24,000 nt of DNA from Photobacterium sp. BZF1 (lineage in GTDB: Bacteria > Pseudomonadota > Gammaproteobacteria > Enterobacterales > Vibrionaceae): positions 1 through 24,000 of the forward strand of contig NZ_JACSOF010000032.1 of the NCBI RefSeq assembly GCF_014349205.1, in the 5' to 3' direction. The notes beneath the pieces were generated by a model. The model was not told where the DNA came from. It did not search any database and saw only the letters and a program-made list of their open reading frames with translations. Numbering within the stretch: position 1 is the first letter of the stretch; each line of letters begins with the position of its first letter. A program made the translations under genes and the position numbers. Shown one piece after another: positions 15,379 through 24,000 of this stretch.

Positions 15379-16639
15379 AAATCAGTGCCTCCGTAATTGG
15401 CTTGTTCACCCCTTTGCGCGCAGAGAAAAACGCCGCAACCAAACAAATCATCAATACGGCAAATCCTGCTATAGCCACCAGATCCCAAGAGAAGTAAATC
15501 GTCAATGGATAACCTTCTGTACGTCCTGGCGGTGGCGGCATTTGCACATCCACGACCATCAGTAAGACGGTCACTAGCGCCGTAAACAAAGCGCCGATTA
15601 AGCTGCCAATCACCGCAAGTAACCCTGCTTCGCGCAAGAACCCAGCAATAATTTCGCGAGGGTAGCTCCCAAGAGCCGACAAGGTGCCAATTTCACGGGT
15701 GCGCTCGGTGACCGACATGGTCATGGTGTTGAACAGCGCAACAAAGACCACCAGTGCCATCACTGCACCCATAATGCCGAAGATGCGGTCGTACAAATCT
15801 TTCACCTTGAGATAGAAGAACGCACGTTCTTGCCAAGGCGTAATCTCAATATCTTGATCGCCAAAGTTCTGTTTTTGCTTACTCAGAACCAAAGCCATTT
15901 GTTGCTCGACTTGGTTGGTTAAACCGGTATCGAACAGGAAGACAGATAACGCACTGACTTTGCCTGAGCCCAACAATGATTGCGCACTGTTGATGTGCAC
16001 GTACAACTGCCGTTTATCAAGGTCTGGTACGCCGGTTGAATAGATGCCACGCACTTTGAAGTCATACGCGTTCAAAGCACCGTCGGTTGTGGTCGCCAAC
16101 AAGGTAATCCAATCGCCAACGTGCACGCTTAGATTGTTCGCCAAATCAACGCCGAGCATCACTTCCGGCTCTGCTGGGTCATAACGCGATGCATGAATGT
16201 TGGACAACGTCTGCCCTTCACGCACATCTAAAAACGGTCCTTTCATATCGAATTCGCGTTCGTTCACGCCAATGCCGATAAAGATCGATGACTTGTTGCC
16301 GTTGGAAATCAAACCACTGAATTCAACTCGTGGCTGAACACCTCGCACTTCATTCAACCCAATCAATTGCTTGGTGATGTCGTCTGCATGAGTTAACCCG
16401 TGACTCAGTGGCATCTCTTCTTCTTTAGCGAAGTAACCCGGCGTGGTTAACGTCAGATGCCCCGTGTCACGCGCTGTCGACTCTTTTAAACTGTCGTAGG
16501 TGTACAGACCAAAACCACCCGCACTGGTTAACGCAAACACGGCAATGGCAATGATCAGCATCGACAATAAACTGCGACGGCGATTGCGTTGCAGATTCAA
16601 CCAAGCAAGCCGAACCGAAACAGGAATTAGCTTGCCCAT
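15371..16639 (-). CDS. ABC transporter permease, FtsX/MacB-LolC type
   Basis: The 422-aa protein has an N-terminal TM helix, a periplasmic domain of about 240 aa, and three C-terminal TM helices (FtsX topology). It overlaps the ATPase gene by 13 nt. Confidence 0.85.
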   Translation of the reverse strand: MGKLIPVSVRLAWLNLQRNRRRSLLSMLIIAIAVFALTSAGGFGLYTYDSLKESTARDTGHLTLTTPGYFAKEEEMPLSHGLTHADDITKQLIGLNEVRGVQPRVEFSGLISNGNKSSIFIGIGVNEREFDMKGPFLDVREGQTLSNIHASRYDPAEPEVMLGVDLANNLSVHVGDWITLLATTTDGALNAYDFKVRGIYSTGVPDLDKRQLYVHINSAQSLLGSGKVSALSVFLFDTGLTNQVEQQMALVLSKQKQNFGDQDIEITPWQERAFFYLKVKDLYDRIFGIMGAVMALVVFVALFNTMTMSVTERTREIGTLSALGSYPREIIAGFLREAGLLAVIGSLIGALFTALVTVLLMVVDVQMPPPPGRTEGYPLTIYFSWDLVAIAGFAVLMICLVAAFFSARKGVNKPITEALIYV

Positions 16640-17325
16640 GAAACCTCCTCCACACTTGCGTGCGTTTGGGTAATTTTGCCATCCACCAACTCAATGGTGC
16701 GCTCACAGCGGGATGCCATACGAGGATCGTGTGTGGCGACGATAAAAGTGGTGCCAAGCTCGTGTCCAAGTCCTTTCATAATATCGATAACCCTGTTGGC
16801 AGTTTGGCTATCAAGACTTGCGGTTGGCTCATCAGCAATCACCAATGCTGGCTTGTGCACTAAGGCGCGCGCAATTGCCACACGCTGCTGCTGACCACCA
16901 GATAGGTTATCGGGCATGTGATGAATAAACTCGCCCAAGCCGACGTGTTCTAGCATTTGTGTGGCGAGCTCGGTTTGTTCTGCTTTTGAAAACCCGTTGA
17001 GATGCAGCGGATAAGCCACGTTCTCCAACGCTGTCATCACAGGTACAAGGTTGAATTTCTGGAACACAAAGCCAAGCTTTTCACGGCGCATTTTCGCAGC
17101 CTGCATTTGTCCGGTTGGGTATGGGCTGCCTGCAAATATCACCTGTCCTTGGTATTGAGTATCCAGCATGCCAAGCACGTTGAGTAAGGTGCTTTTGCCT
17201 GATCCAGACGGTCCACACAGAGCCACCATTTCGCCGGCAAACACTTCACCAGAGACGTCTCGCAATGCACGCACAGTTTGGCTACCAAGGGCGTAATCGC
17301 GGCTAAGTTGATTAAAAACGATCAT
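16627..17325 (-). CDS. ABC transporter ATP-binding protein (LolD/MacB-type)
   Basis: Walker A is GPSGSGKST, the signature motif LSGGQQQRVAIARAL, Walker B LVIADEPTASLD, and the H-loop VATHD. Confidence 0.93.
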   Translation of the reverse strand: MIVFNQLSRDYALGSQTVRALRDVSGEVFAGEMVALCGPSGSGKSTLLNVLGMLDTQYQGQVIFAGSPYPTGQMQAAKMRREKLGFVFQKFNLVPVMTALENVAYPLHLNGFSKAEQTELATQMLEHVGLGEFIHHMPDNLSGGQQQRVAIARALVHKPALVIADEPTASLDSQTANRVIDIMKGLGHELGTTFIVATHDPRMASRCERTIELVDGKITQTHASVEEVSWAS

Positions 17326-17334
17326 GACGCCTCC

Positions 17335-18003
17335 CTAATACTTGGCTAGCAGCGATTTCGCGGTTTGCGTTTCTAGGTTGCTATCACCCATTTGCTCCAT
17401 TTGCACTAACCATGTTTTGGCTTGTTGAACATCCTCAGCTCGCAGTGCCGCTTCAATGGCATAACGGTATATCCATGAAGTAGCAGCGAAAGGTTGTTGG
17501 CTAAAACTCGGTTCATCAAGCAGAGAAAGGTACAGCTCGTAACCACGCTCAAAGTGATTGAACATGTCTGGCAGAGAGGTAAACGTAGTGGCTGCCATGG
17601 CGGTTGCTAATTGGTATTCCGGTAAGCCTTGTAAGCGTTGTTGTTCTTGAAGTAACAGTGGCTGATTCGCCATTAAATCCAAGCCTTTTTGGATTGTGGC
17701 AAGACCGCGCTCGGTGAACTTCATCTTGTTCCAAGGCATAAACGCCTCACGACCTTGCAACGTCTCAGCACTGCCCAAATAAACCAAGGTCACTGGCGTT
17801 GCACCCTGCTCTTCTAGTTGTTTGGATAAGTTGCCGTAAACAGTATCAACTAAGCCAGAGTCACCCTGCGCTGCTTGATTGAATTGGCTGAGTGTGCGCT
17901 CGCTCGGGTTAGCCAGAGCCAAATTGCTGCTGAGTGCAAATGCGGCGATAAACATACTTGCCAGTTTAAGAGCTTTGATTGAGCGAGATTGAGAAACCAT
18001 CAT
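17335..18003 (-). CDS. secreted alpha-helical protein of unknown function; first gene of the operon
   Basis: The signal peptide is ASMFIAAFALSSNLALA/NP. The remainder is Leu/Ala/Gln-rich and predicted helical. The stop lies 9 nt from the ATPase start. Confidence 0.6.
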   Translation of the reverse strand: MMVSQSRSIKALKLASMFIAAFALSSNLALANPSERTLSQFNQAAQGDSGLVDTVYGNLSKQLEEQGATPVTLVYLGSAETLQGREAFMPWNKMKFTERGLATIQKGLDLMANQPLLLQEQQRLQGLPEYQLATAMAATTFTSLPDMFNHFERGYELYLSLLDEPSFSQQPFAATSWIYRYAIEAALRAEDVQQAKTWLVQMEQMGDSNLETQTAKSLLAKY

Positions 18004-18079
18004 GTACTGTCCTTAGTTGAGCGTGATTTGATGGTTTCAGATTAAGGGAGAAGATCGCACGCTGCTTTTACATGCGACC

Positions 18080-18125
18080 AATGGCAGTTATGCGGAGTGA
18101 ATGGTATTGAGAAAGGATGAATGGT
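18080..18125 (-). promoter_or_regulatory. three 20-bp-phased direct repeats upstream of the operon (candidate LytTR-regulator sites)
   Basis: AATGG occurs at 18080-18084, 18100-18104 and 18120-18124. The last two extend to TGAATGGT. On the minus strand these read ACCATTCA, 77-122 bp upstream of the ATG at 18003. Confidence 0.35.
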
Positions 18126-18753
18126 TTTGCGTTTCGGCAGCCTGCAATATCGCCTCAATCATTAAACTGAGAGCCTTAGGCTGGTAGTTCCGTGGCGATA
18201 AACCAAATAAGCTTGGCGATCACCGCTTTGAGCACTGCAGTTAGGTCATTGACCACTAGGTTGAAATTGAAAGGACAGGCGCCATAGAGAATGAAATAAG
18301 TGTGAGTTATTGATACCTCGGTCTGAGATTGGTAAGGAGCAGATTGCGACATATTGGACTGTTTCTTAACCTGAATAGGTAATTCACTATGAGGGTAAGT
18401 GAATAGCCACCAAGTCAGTGGAAAGGCCTGACGTTTGTAGATAGTCTTGTGATGAGAAAATCTATCCCGTTAAAAGACTTTGTTATGCTATTAATATCTT
18501 TAACTAAAAAAGAACAGAGCAGAAGCTTGCCAGCATGATTCCTAGCACGGAACTGAACAAAATTAGCGAGTTACAGCTTTTGCTAAATTAGTAATTAACG
18601 GATAATCTGAGGCATTTCAAAACCTCTTATCGATTGGCCAAATCAACTCGAGAAGGTAAGCACGGCAAAGCGAGAGCCTTGCAATGAATACTGACTCACT
18701 CTCGCTCAACAAAACTTCTTAATGTCAAAAGAGCATCTCAAAACAAAGGCAGT

Positions 18754-18789
18754 AAAACGCCCAAGTAACTGTGATCGCTTGGGCGTTTT
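18754..18789 (-). terminator. rho-independent (bidirectional) terminator after the 5'-nucleotidase gene
   Basis: AAAACGCCCAAG (18754-18765) pairs with CTTGGGCGTTTT (18778-18789), giving a GC-rich stem with U-tracts on both strands. Confidence 0.8.
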
Positions 18790-18818
18790 CCATTTTTCAG
18801 CGTGGTATCAAAGCAGTC

Positions 18819-20675
18819 CTAGTTTAAAGCAATAAAACTCTGTACTGACATTTCGCTTACATCTGGACGATCCAATGTCTCACCATTATCTTCCAGCTTC
18901 TTGATGTAGTTAATCAGAGAGTCGGTGTAAAGCAACCCTGTATCTTCACGTCGACTATCATCCTCGTAAACGGGGACAAACGAGTCATAACGGTCACCAC
19001 CGGCCGCAATGAAATCGTTAGTAACGACGACATATATTTCAGTCAATTCGATGTCGTGCCACTCACCAAATGTACCGTCTTCCAACTTGCGACGAGCTTG
19101 AACATCCGTGATACGTTGTCCTTTCTCTGCATTCATATCTACGTCAAAACGTAGATTTGCCGCAGCAGGGAAAGCACCGCTCGAATCATTAACCACGACG
19201 TTATCAATCGCATCTTCAATCGTGTTTACAATTTCTTGGCCTGTCATATCAAGGTTAACTAGGTAGTTGCTAAACGGTAATACATTGAACGCATGACCAA
19301 CGGAAACATCACCTTCTGCAATTGTGGTACGAACACCACCACTATTTTGAATGGCAATGTCAGAACGAATAGACATATCAACAAATGCTTCAGAAACCAC
19401 GTTCGCCATGATGCTACCATGTTGATTCATGAACTCTCGCTCCTCGCTACCTTCAACACACAAAGCACCCGATGAATGGTTAGATCCCGGTGTACGCTCG
19501 TTACAAAGCAGCGCAACACTGTATCCAATAATTTCTTTCATCTTTTCATCGACTTGATCACTATAGAAGGCTAATTTTTCAGCAGTCACTGTATCTTTTT
19601 CAACTGAACTAAGTTCATTTTTACTTGCGATGTATTGATTAATCGCGTCAAGTTCTTCATCTGTATGAACACCCTCGCTATCTTCCGACGGATTAATAAA
19701 CTCATCACCAAGAAGAAGGTGTGGTGTGCCTGAACATTGAGTAACATTACCTTGCTCATTAAAGCTCACATTAAGCTCTCCGAGCACTAACGCATTTTCC
19801 CAAGCTTGGACAATACATACATCGTTGCCGTCAGCATTTTGAACCACTGTCGGATACTCACCATCAGTAGTACCAAATCCAATTTCAGTGTGAAGCTCGC
19901 TATCCGCGAGCAGCGAATGACTGTCACCGCCTACAATCACATCAACATCAGTTAGTTGTTTTGCCATCGCGATGTCGTTGCTATACATGTAGTGAGTTAA
20001 AAGAACAATTTTATCTACGCCTTGCTCTTTTAATATATCTATGTAACGTTGAGAGGTCTCAACCTCATCAAAAAACTCAGTATCAGCAGATGGAGAAGAT
20101 GATGCTTGAGTTTTGCTTGAAATATCAATACCAATAACACCTACCTGCTGACCTGCAACATCAAAGACTTTGTATGGGTCATAGATACCATAAATTGGGT
20201 TTGTAGATGGTACTTCAATATTTGCAGCCAGTACTTCTGTACCGCATGCATCCTCACCATTCTTAAGCGTTTCAATAAAATGTGCTAGTTGCTCATTACC
20301 ATCATCGAACTCATGGTTACCCAATGCAAAAGCGTCAAAACACACTTGATTCATCATAAGTGCGTCAGGTAATTCCTCACGAAATAAGCTATAGAACATG
20401 GTACCCGTTATCGCATCGCCAGCGTGAAGTCGCAGAGTAGAGTCATTTTGAAGCTCATTAAACTTAGTTACCAAGCGAGGAAAACCACCAATCTCTACTT
20501 CAGTTTTTACTCCACCTAAAGTCAAAGCAACCGGACCTGTTGCATCAAGCTTAGAGTGATGATCATTGATATGTAGAATACGTAAATCAAACGTATCATC
20601 GTTATCAGAACTTGAAGAGTTGCAACCCACTAGGCCAATAACAATCGCTAACGATAGCAGTGTCTTATTCATCAT
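18819..20675 (-). CDS. lipoprotein bifunctional metallophosphatase / 5'-nucleotidase (UshA/NadN-like)
   Basis: The likely start is MMNKTLLSLAIVIGLVGC, with lipobox LVGC; the track ORF extends 10 codons further to 20705. Metallophosphatase motifs are ILHINDHHS, HAGDAITG and LGNHEFD, followed by a C-terminal 5'-nucleotidase-type domain. Confidence 0.85.
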   Translation of the reverse strand: MMNKTLLSLAIVIGLVGCNSSSSDNDDTFDLRILHINDHHSKLDATGPVALTLGGVKTEVEIGGFPRLVTKFNELQNDSTLRLHAGDAITGTMFYSLFREELPDALMMNQVCFDAFALGNHEFDDGNEQLAHFIETLKNGEDACGTEVLAANIEVPSTNPIYGIYDPYKVFDVAGQQVGVIGIDISSKTQASSSPSADTEFFDEVETSQRYIDILKEQGVDKIVLLTHYMYSNDIAMAKQLTDVDVIVGGDSHSLLADSELHTEIGFGTTDGEYPTVVQNADGNDVCIVQAWENALVLGELNVSFNEQGNVTQCSGTPHLLLGDEFINPSEDSEGVHTDEELDAINQYIASKNELSSVEKDTVTAEKLAFYSDQVDEKMKEIIGYSVALLCNERTPGSNHSSGALCVEGSEEREFMNQHGSIMANVVSEAFVDMSIRSDIAIQNSGGVRTTIAEGDVSVGHAFNVLPFSNYLVNLDMTGQEIVNTIEDAIDNVVVNDSSGAFPAAANLRFDVDMNAEKGQRITDVQARRKLEDGTFGEWHDIELTEIYVVVTNDFIAAGGDRYDSFVPVYEDDSRREDTGLLYTDSLINYIKKLEDNGETLDRPDVSEMSVQSFIALN

Positions 20676-21065
20676 TTCTTTCCATGTACCTGTTAAATAT
20701 AACAATAAGTAGAGAGTGGATGCTAAATGACCTCTATGAACCTAGGGTGACACTTATATTTAAAGTTCAGTTTAGTTTTTAGATGACTGTACTAGGCGAC
20801 GAAAATTAATTGCTCAAGAAATGAATTAATACCTCCTATCGCGGCACTATTTTTGATGGCTCAAAAAAAACAGAACACTGCCCTAGTCGCAGTGAATAGA
20901 AGTAGCATGAATTGTGAGGGCAACTGAAGAATATGAATAATTGTAAGCGTACAACGTAGGATCGTGCCGCGCTTACCAACTAACCATTCGTAAAGTGCAA
21001 AGAAAAAGCGCTAGAGCACAATGAGGCACAAACGATTTATGGCCCATGCTAAAAACCATTAGTAA

Positions 21066-21353
21066 TTATGTATTGCTTCGTTCTAGTACGATTTCTTTTA
21101 GGGAGAACATTCCATTTAATGCCGCCAGGAAACCTACATAGACTGATATCTGCAATATGACTTCCTTTAGCTCAGCTTCGGAACACCCAACATTTAGGGC
21201 AGCATGCAGATGAACTTCCAGTTGTGGTGCACAATTTCTCATTGCAGTTAATGCTGCAACCGTGGCAATTTATCGCCCCTTAGAACTCAATCCTTTTTGG
21301 GCTATATATACCTAAAAAGGATACTCAATTGTAAACCGTTATTTTTGAACTTC
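21066..21353 (-). pseudogene. carboxymuconolactone decarboxylase (AhpD-like/CMD) family pseudogene
   Basis: The minus-strand frame reads RFTIEYPF*VYIAQKGLSSKGR*IATVAALTAMRNCAPQLEVHLHAALNVGCSEAELKEVILQISVYVGFLAALNGMFSLKEIVLERSNT*. This is a CMD-like core (L..H...AL..G.s..El.Ev..Q...Y.G...A.N) interrupted by at least two in-frame stops, plus a third further upstream. Confidence 0.6.
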
Positions 21354-21392
21354 GTCTAGTTGCCTATCGTCTTACTCAATGAAATTGGAGAG

Positions 21393-21680
21393 TTATGCTG
21401 TAGAGTCTGAAAGCAACCGTTGCATGATTGCAAGGAAGATATAAATTATGAAAACCCAAAAAATAAATGAGTAAACAAACCTAGACCAAAAAAAAGTATA
21501 AGTATCAAACTTTCCACTATAAGAAAGAAAATTAAACGGGTAGCCAATGATTCTCTCTGGATTAAAGAATGCACTAAACTGAGAAGCGATGGCGACAGTA
21601 CATAGACTTACTTTGGCGATAATGCGCTTTATCTTTTGAGTAAAAAACATTCTATGAAGACCCAGAACTTTAAATGACAA
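21393..21680 (-). CDS. hydrophobic ORF, probably a fragment of a decayed membrane-protein gene
   Basis: The ORF starts at a TTG. Hydrophobic reading continues upstream in another frame (LLGPLGSFLVGQLTFFCPLCVDMISG...) across an A8/T8 homopolymer near 21731-21738, which suggests a frameshift. Confidence 0.3.
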   Translation of the reverse strand: MSFKVLGLHRMFFTQKIKRIIAKVSLCTVAIASQFSAFFNPERIIGYPFNFLSYSGKFDTYTFFWSRFVYSFIFWVFIIYIFLAIMQRLLSDSTA

Positions 21681-22002
21681 GAGACTTCACTTTTAATCAT
21701 GCCACTGATCATGTCAACGCATAAAGGGCAAAAAAAAGTTAGCTGCCCAACCAAAAAAGAACCTAGCGGCCCCAACAGAATCAAATATCAAAATTACAAG
21801 TGAGAAAATTAAACCGTTACTTTCTTAATCGCTGCTCGCACCATCGTGTTAAGAGATTAAGCCAAACTTGGTCAGTACTCCCTTTTCTACCCACCCTCTT
21901 TTCCACACTATCTTCCACTGATCTTCCAGATCATTTCAAAAGTGTCGTTTAGATCTCACTTACCGGTTTGACTTTTACCCATATGATCATCGAACATACT
22001 AA

Positions 22003-22054
22003 GTAAACCGATTTACCAAACCGATTTACTATAGCGTTCATAAAGTGGCGCTTC
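22003..22054 (+). promoter_or_regulatory. tandem operator-like repeats upstream of the dehydratase gene
   Basis: GTAAACCGATTTAC (22003-22016, a near-palindrome TAAAC-CG-ATTTA) is followed immediately by CAAACCGATTTAC (22017-22029). CCGATTTAC lies at 22046-22054, and a related TACCGGTTTGAC at ~21961-21972. The sites lie 20-70 bp upstream of the ATG. Confidence 0.5.
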
Positions 22055-22075
22055 CCCGATTTACGGAGAGCAATG

Positions 22076-23293
22076 ATGAAAATTGAAGACATTAAAGTGT
22101 ATGTAACCAACCCTGGCCGCAACTTTGTTACGGTCAAAGTGATCACTGACGAAGGGGTCTATGGGCTCGGGGACGCTACTGTAAATGGCCGTGAGATGGC
22201 AGTAGCCAGCTATCTAGAGGAGCATGTGAGACCTTGTTTAATTGGGCGAGATCCTCACCAGATTGAAGACATTTGGCAGTACCTCTACATGGGCGTGTAC
22301 TGGCGTCGAGGTCCAATTACCATGGCTGCCATCGCAGCGATTGATATGGCTCTTTGGGACATTAAAGGTAAGGTTGCGAACCTTCCGGTTTACCAACTTC
22401 TAGGAGGCAAATGCCGTACTGGTGTTACGCTTTATGCCCACGCAAACGGCGAAACCATTGAAGATACGCTCGATATTGCTGAAAAGTATATTGAACAGGG
22501 CTTTAAGGCGATCCGACTACAGACGGCGATCCCCGGCCTTAGCGAGACCTACGGTGTGCTAGGTGATCGTAAAGATTACTTTGAACTACAAGGAAACCGC
22601 CCACTGCCACCAGAGCAGGAATGGTCAACTCCTAAGTATTTTGAACTGGTGCCAGAGCTATTTGCCAAAGCAAAAGAGCGTTTCGGTAACCGCGCCCAGT
22701 TCTGCCACGATGTCCACAGCCGCTTGACGCCGATTGAGTCAGCGAAACTTGGCAAGATGCTTGAACCCTACAATCTGTTATTCCTAGAAGATGCCTCTAT
22801 TGCTGAGAACCAGGATAACTACAAGTTGATTCGTCACCATACTACAACGCCTCTGGCACTCGGTGAGACCTACAATACCATCTGGGATTGCAAAGACTTG
22901 ATCCAAAATCAACTGATCGACTACATCCGCGCAGCTGCCACTCATGCAGGCGGGATCACTGGTATGAAGAAGATCGCTGACTTTGCTGCTATTTACAATG
23001 TTCGCACCGCTCCGCACGGTGCACCTGATTTGTCGCCTATCTGTTTTGCGGCACATATGCACCTCAATATTTCAACGCACAACTACGGCGTCCAAGAATT
23101 TGTTGGCTTTGGTAACGAGGCTTCACAGAAGATCTTCAAGCACGAGATGAAGCTAGAAAACGGCATGATCATGGTCAGTGATGCGCCGGGGCTTGGAGTT
23201 GAATTCGATGAAGAAGAAGCGGCCAAACATGAATACAAACGTTCATACCTGCCAGTGAGCCGTCTGGAAGATGGCACTCTGTGGCATTGGTAA
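22076..23293 (+). CDS. enolase-superfamily D-mannonate/sugar-acid dehydratase (ManD/RspA-like)
   Basis: The N-terminus [51 protein letters not shown] resembles E. coli RspA-type proteins (from memory). The metal-ligand contexts are [14 protein letters not shown] and ALGETY. The Shine-Dalgarno GGAGAG favours the second ATG at 22076; the track lists 22073. Confidence 0.85.
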   Translation: MKIEDIKVYVTNPGRNFVTVKVITDEGVYGLGDATVNGREMAVASYLEEHVRPCLIGRDPHQIEDIWQYLYMGVYWRRGPITMAAIAAIDMALWDIKGKVANLPVYQLLGGKCRTGVTLYAHANGETIEDTLDIAEKYIEQGFKAIRLQTAIPGLSETYGVLGDRKDYFELQGNRPLPPEQEWSTPKYFELVPELFAKAKERFGNRAQFCHDVHSRLTPIESAKLGKMLEPYNLLFLEDASIAENQDNYKLIRHHTTTPLALGETYNTIWDCKDLIQNQLIDYIRAAATHAGGITGMKKIADFAAIYNVRTAPHGAPDLSPICFAAHMHLNISTHNYGVQEFVGFGNEASQKIFKHEMKLENGMIMVSDAPGLGVEFDEEEAAKHEYKRSYLPVSRLEDGTLWHW

Positions 23294-23336
23294 TACCTGC
23301 ATTTATCTAAGTGAAACAACTGACTTGTTAATTGAT

Positions 23337-23358
23337 CTGCCTGCCGGATAGCAGGCAG
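23337..23358 (+). other. intergenic GC hairpin between the dehydratase and symporter genes
   Basis: CTGCCTGC (23337-23344), loop cggata, GCAGGCAG (23351-23358). AAAATT follows and there is no U-tract. It could be an attenuator, a processing site or an mRNA-stability element. Confidence 0.3.
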
Positions 23359-23399
23359 AAAATTAGCCCTGACTGTACCCCATTAGGAAAGTTAGACAG

Positions 23400-24000
23400 A
23401 TGATATATGAATACCTTGTGATCCTCGGCTATTTTGCCCTGATTGTTGGCATAGGCTTTGCCTTTAAACGACTCGCTAACCGTTCTACCAGTGACTACTT
23501 CCGAGGCGGCGGTAAGATGCTGTGGTGGATGGTAGGCTCAACCGCCTTTATGACCCAGTTTTCGGCCTGGACCTTTACCGGCGCTGCTGGTAAGGCGTTC
23601 AACGATGGTTTTACCGTTACTATGGTCTTCCTGGCCAACGCCATCGCCTACTTTGTCGGCTACCTCTACTTCTCGCACCGTTTCCGCCAAATGCGGGTCG
23701 ATACTCCGACTGAAGGTGTACGCCGTCGCTTCGGCACCCACAACGAGAAGTTCTTCTCTTGGACCCTGATTATCTTCAGCTTTATTAATGCTGGGGTTTC
23801 GCTAAATGCCCTCGGTGTCTTTGCCAGTGCAGTTTTCAACTCAGACCTCTATACCACTATCGTAGTGACGGGGCTGGCAGTGCTATTAGTCTCGGTGATT
23901 TCCGGGGCTTGGGGTGTCGTTGCCTCAGACTTTATCCAAACTTTGGTGGTCGCGATTGTCTCTGTCGCGTGTGCAATTGTGGCACTGATTGCTGTGGGAG
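23400..24000 (+). CDS. sodium:solute symporter family transporter, 5' partial (runs off the window)
   Basis: The open frame from the ATG at 23400 is absent from the track because it has no stop in the window. It reads MIYEYLVILGYFALIVGIGFAFKRLANRSTSDYFRGGGKMLWWMVGSTAFMTQFSAWTFTGAAGKAF..., a typical SSS-family N-terminus with successive TM helices. Confidence 0.8.
   Translation, partial: MIYEYLVILGYFALIVGIGFAFKRLANRSTSDYFRGGGKMLWWMVGSTAFMTQFSAWTFTGAAGKAFNDGFTVTMVFLANAIAYFVGYLYFSHRFRQMRVDTPTEGVRRRFGTHNEKFFSWTLIIFSFINAGVSLNALGVFASAVFNSDLYTTIVVTGLAVLLVSVISGAWGVVASDFIQTLVVAIVSVACAIVALIAVG

Noticed and set aside
18130-18750. ~0.6 kb of apparently empty DNA with a start-less minus-strand reading (...FNLVVNDLTAVLKAVIAKLIWFIATELPA*)
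   Set aside because: There is no start codon, no motif and no flanking signals. It may be a small gene remnant, but it cannot be supported from sequence alone.

Overview
Gamma-proteobacterial, Vibrionaceae-like window; this attribution is inferred from gene content and AT-leaning composition and was not searched. The left third (0.5-9.3 kb) is an accessory patch. It holds an orphan PEP-CTERM secreted protein and two IS200/IS605-family TnpB elements in the same orientation that bracket hipB. It also holds a hipBA toxin-antitoxin locus: the second element (tnpB + tnpA, 3756-5560) sits exactly inside the hipA start codon. Beyond that lie about 1.1 kb of hairpin-rich non-coding DNA and a tyrosine recombinase with a small translationally coupled partner. 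The middle contains an NnrU-family membrane protein. Next is a 658-bp convergent intergenic region (10.73-11.39 kb) with two hairpins that share an identical loop but have different stems. A tightly coupled 7-gene minus-strand operon occupies 11.39-18.0 kb: secreted helical protein, ABC ATPase, FtsX/MacB-type permease, LolA-like periplasmic protein, predicted outer-membrane barrel, AlgZ/LytS-type histidine kinase and LytTR response regulator. The right part carries a lipoprotein 5'-nucleotidase, a gene-decay zone (carboxymuconolactone-decarboxylase-family pseudogene and a membrane-protein fragment), and a sugar-acid module (enolase-superfamily mannonate dehydratase plus a sodium:solute symporter running off the window) preceded by tandem operator-like repeats. 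No rRNA, tRNA or CRISPR array was seen. The best leads are the TnpB/omega-RNA elements with hipBA, the twin-hairpin region at 10.8-11.2 kb, the structured region divergent from the recombinase, and the uncharacterised envelope operon.
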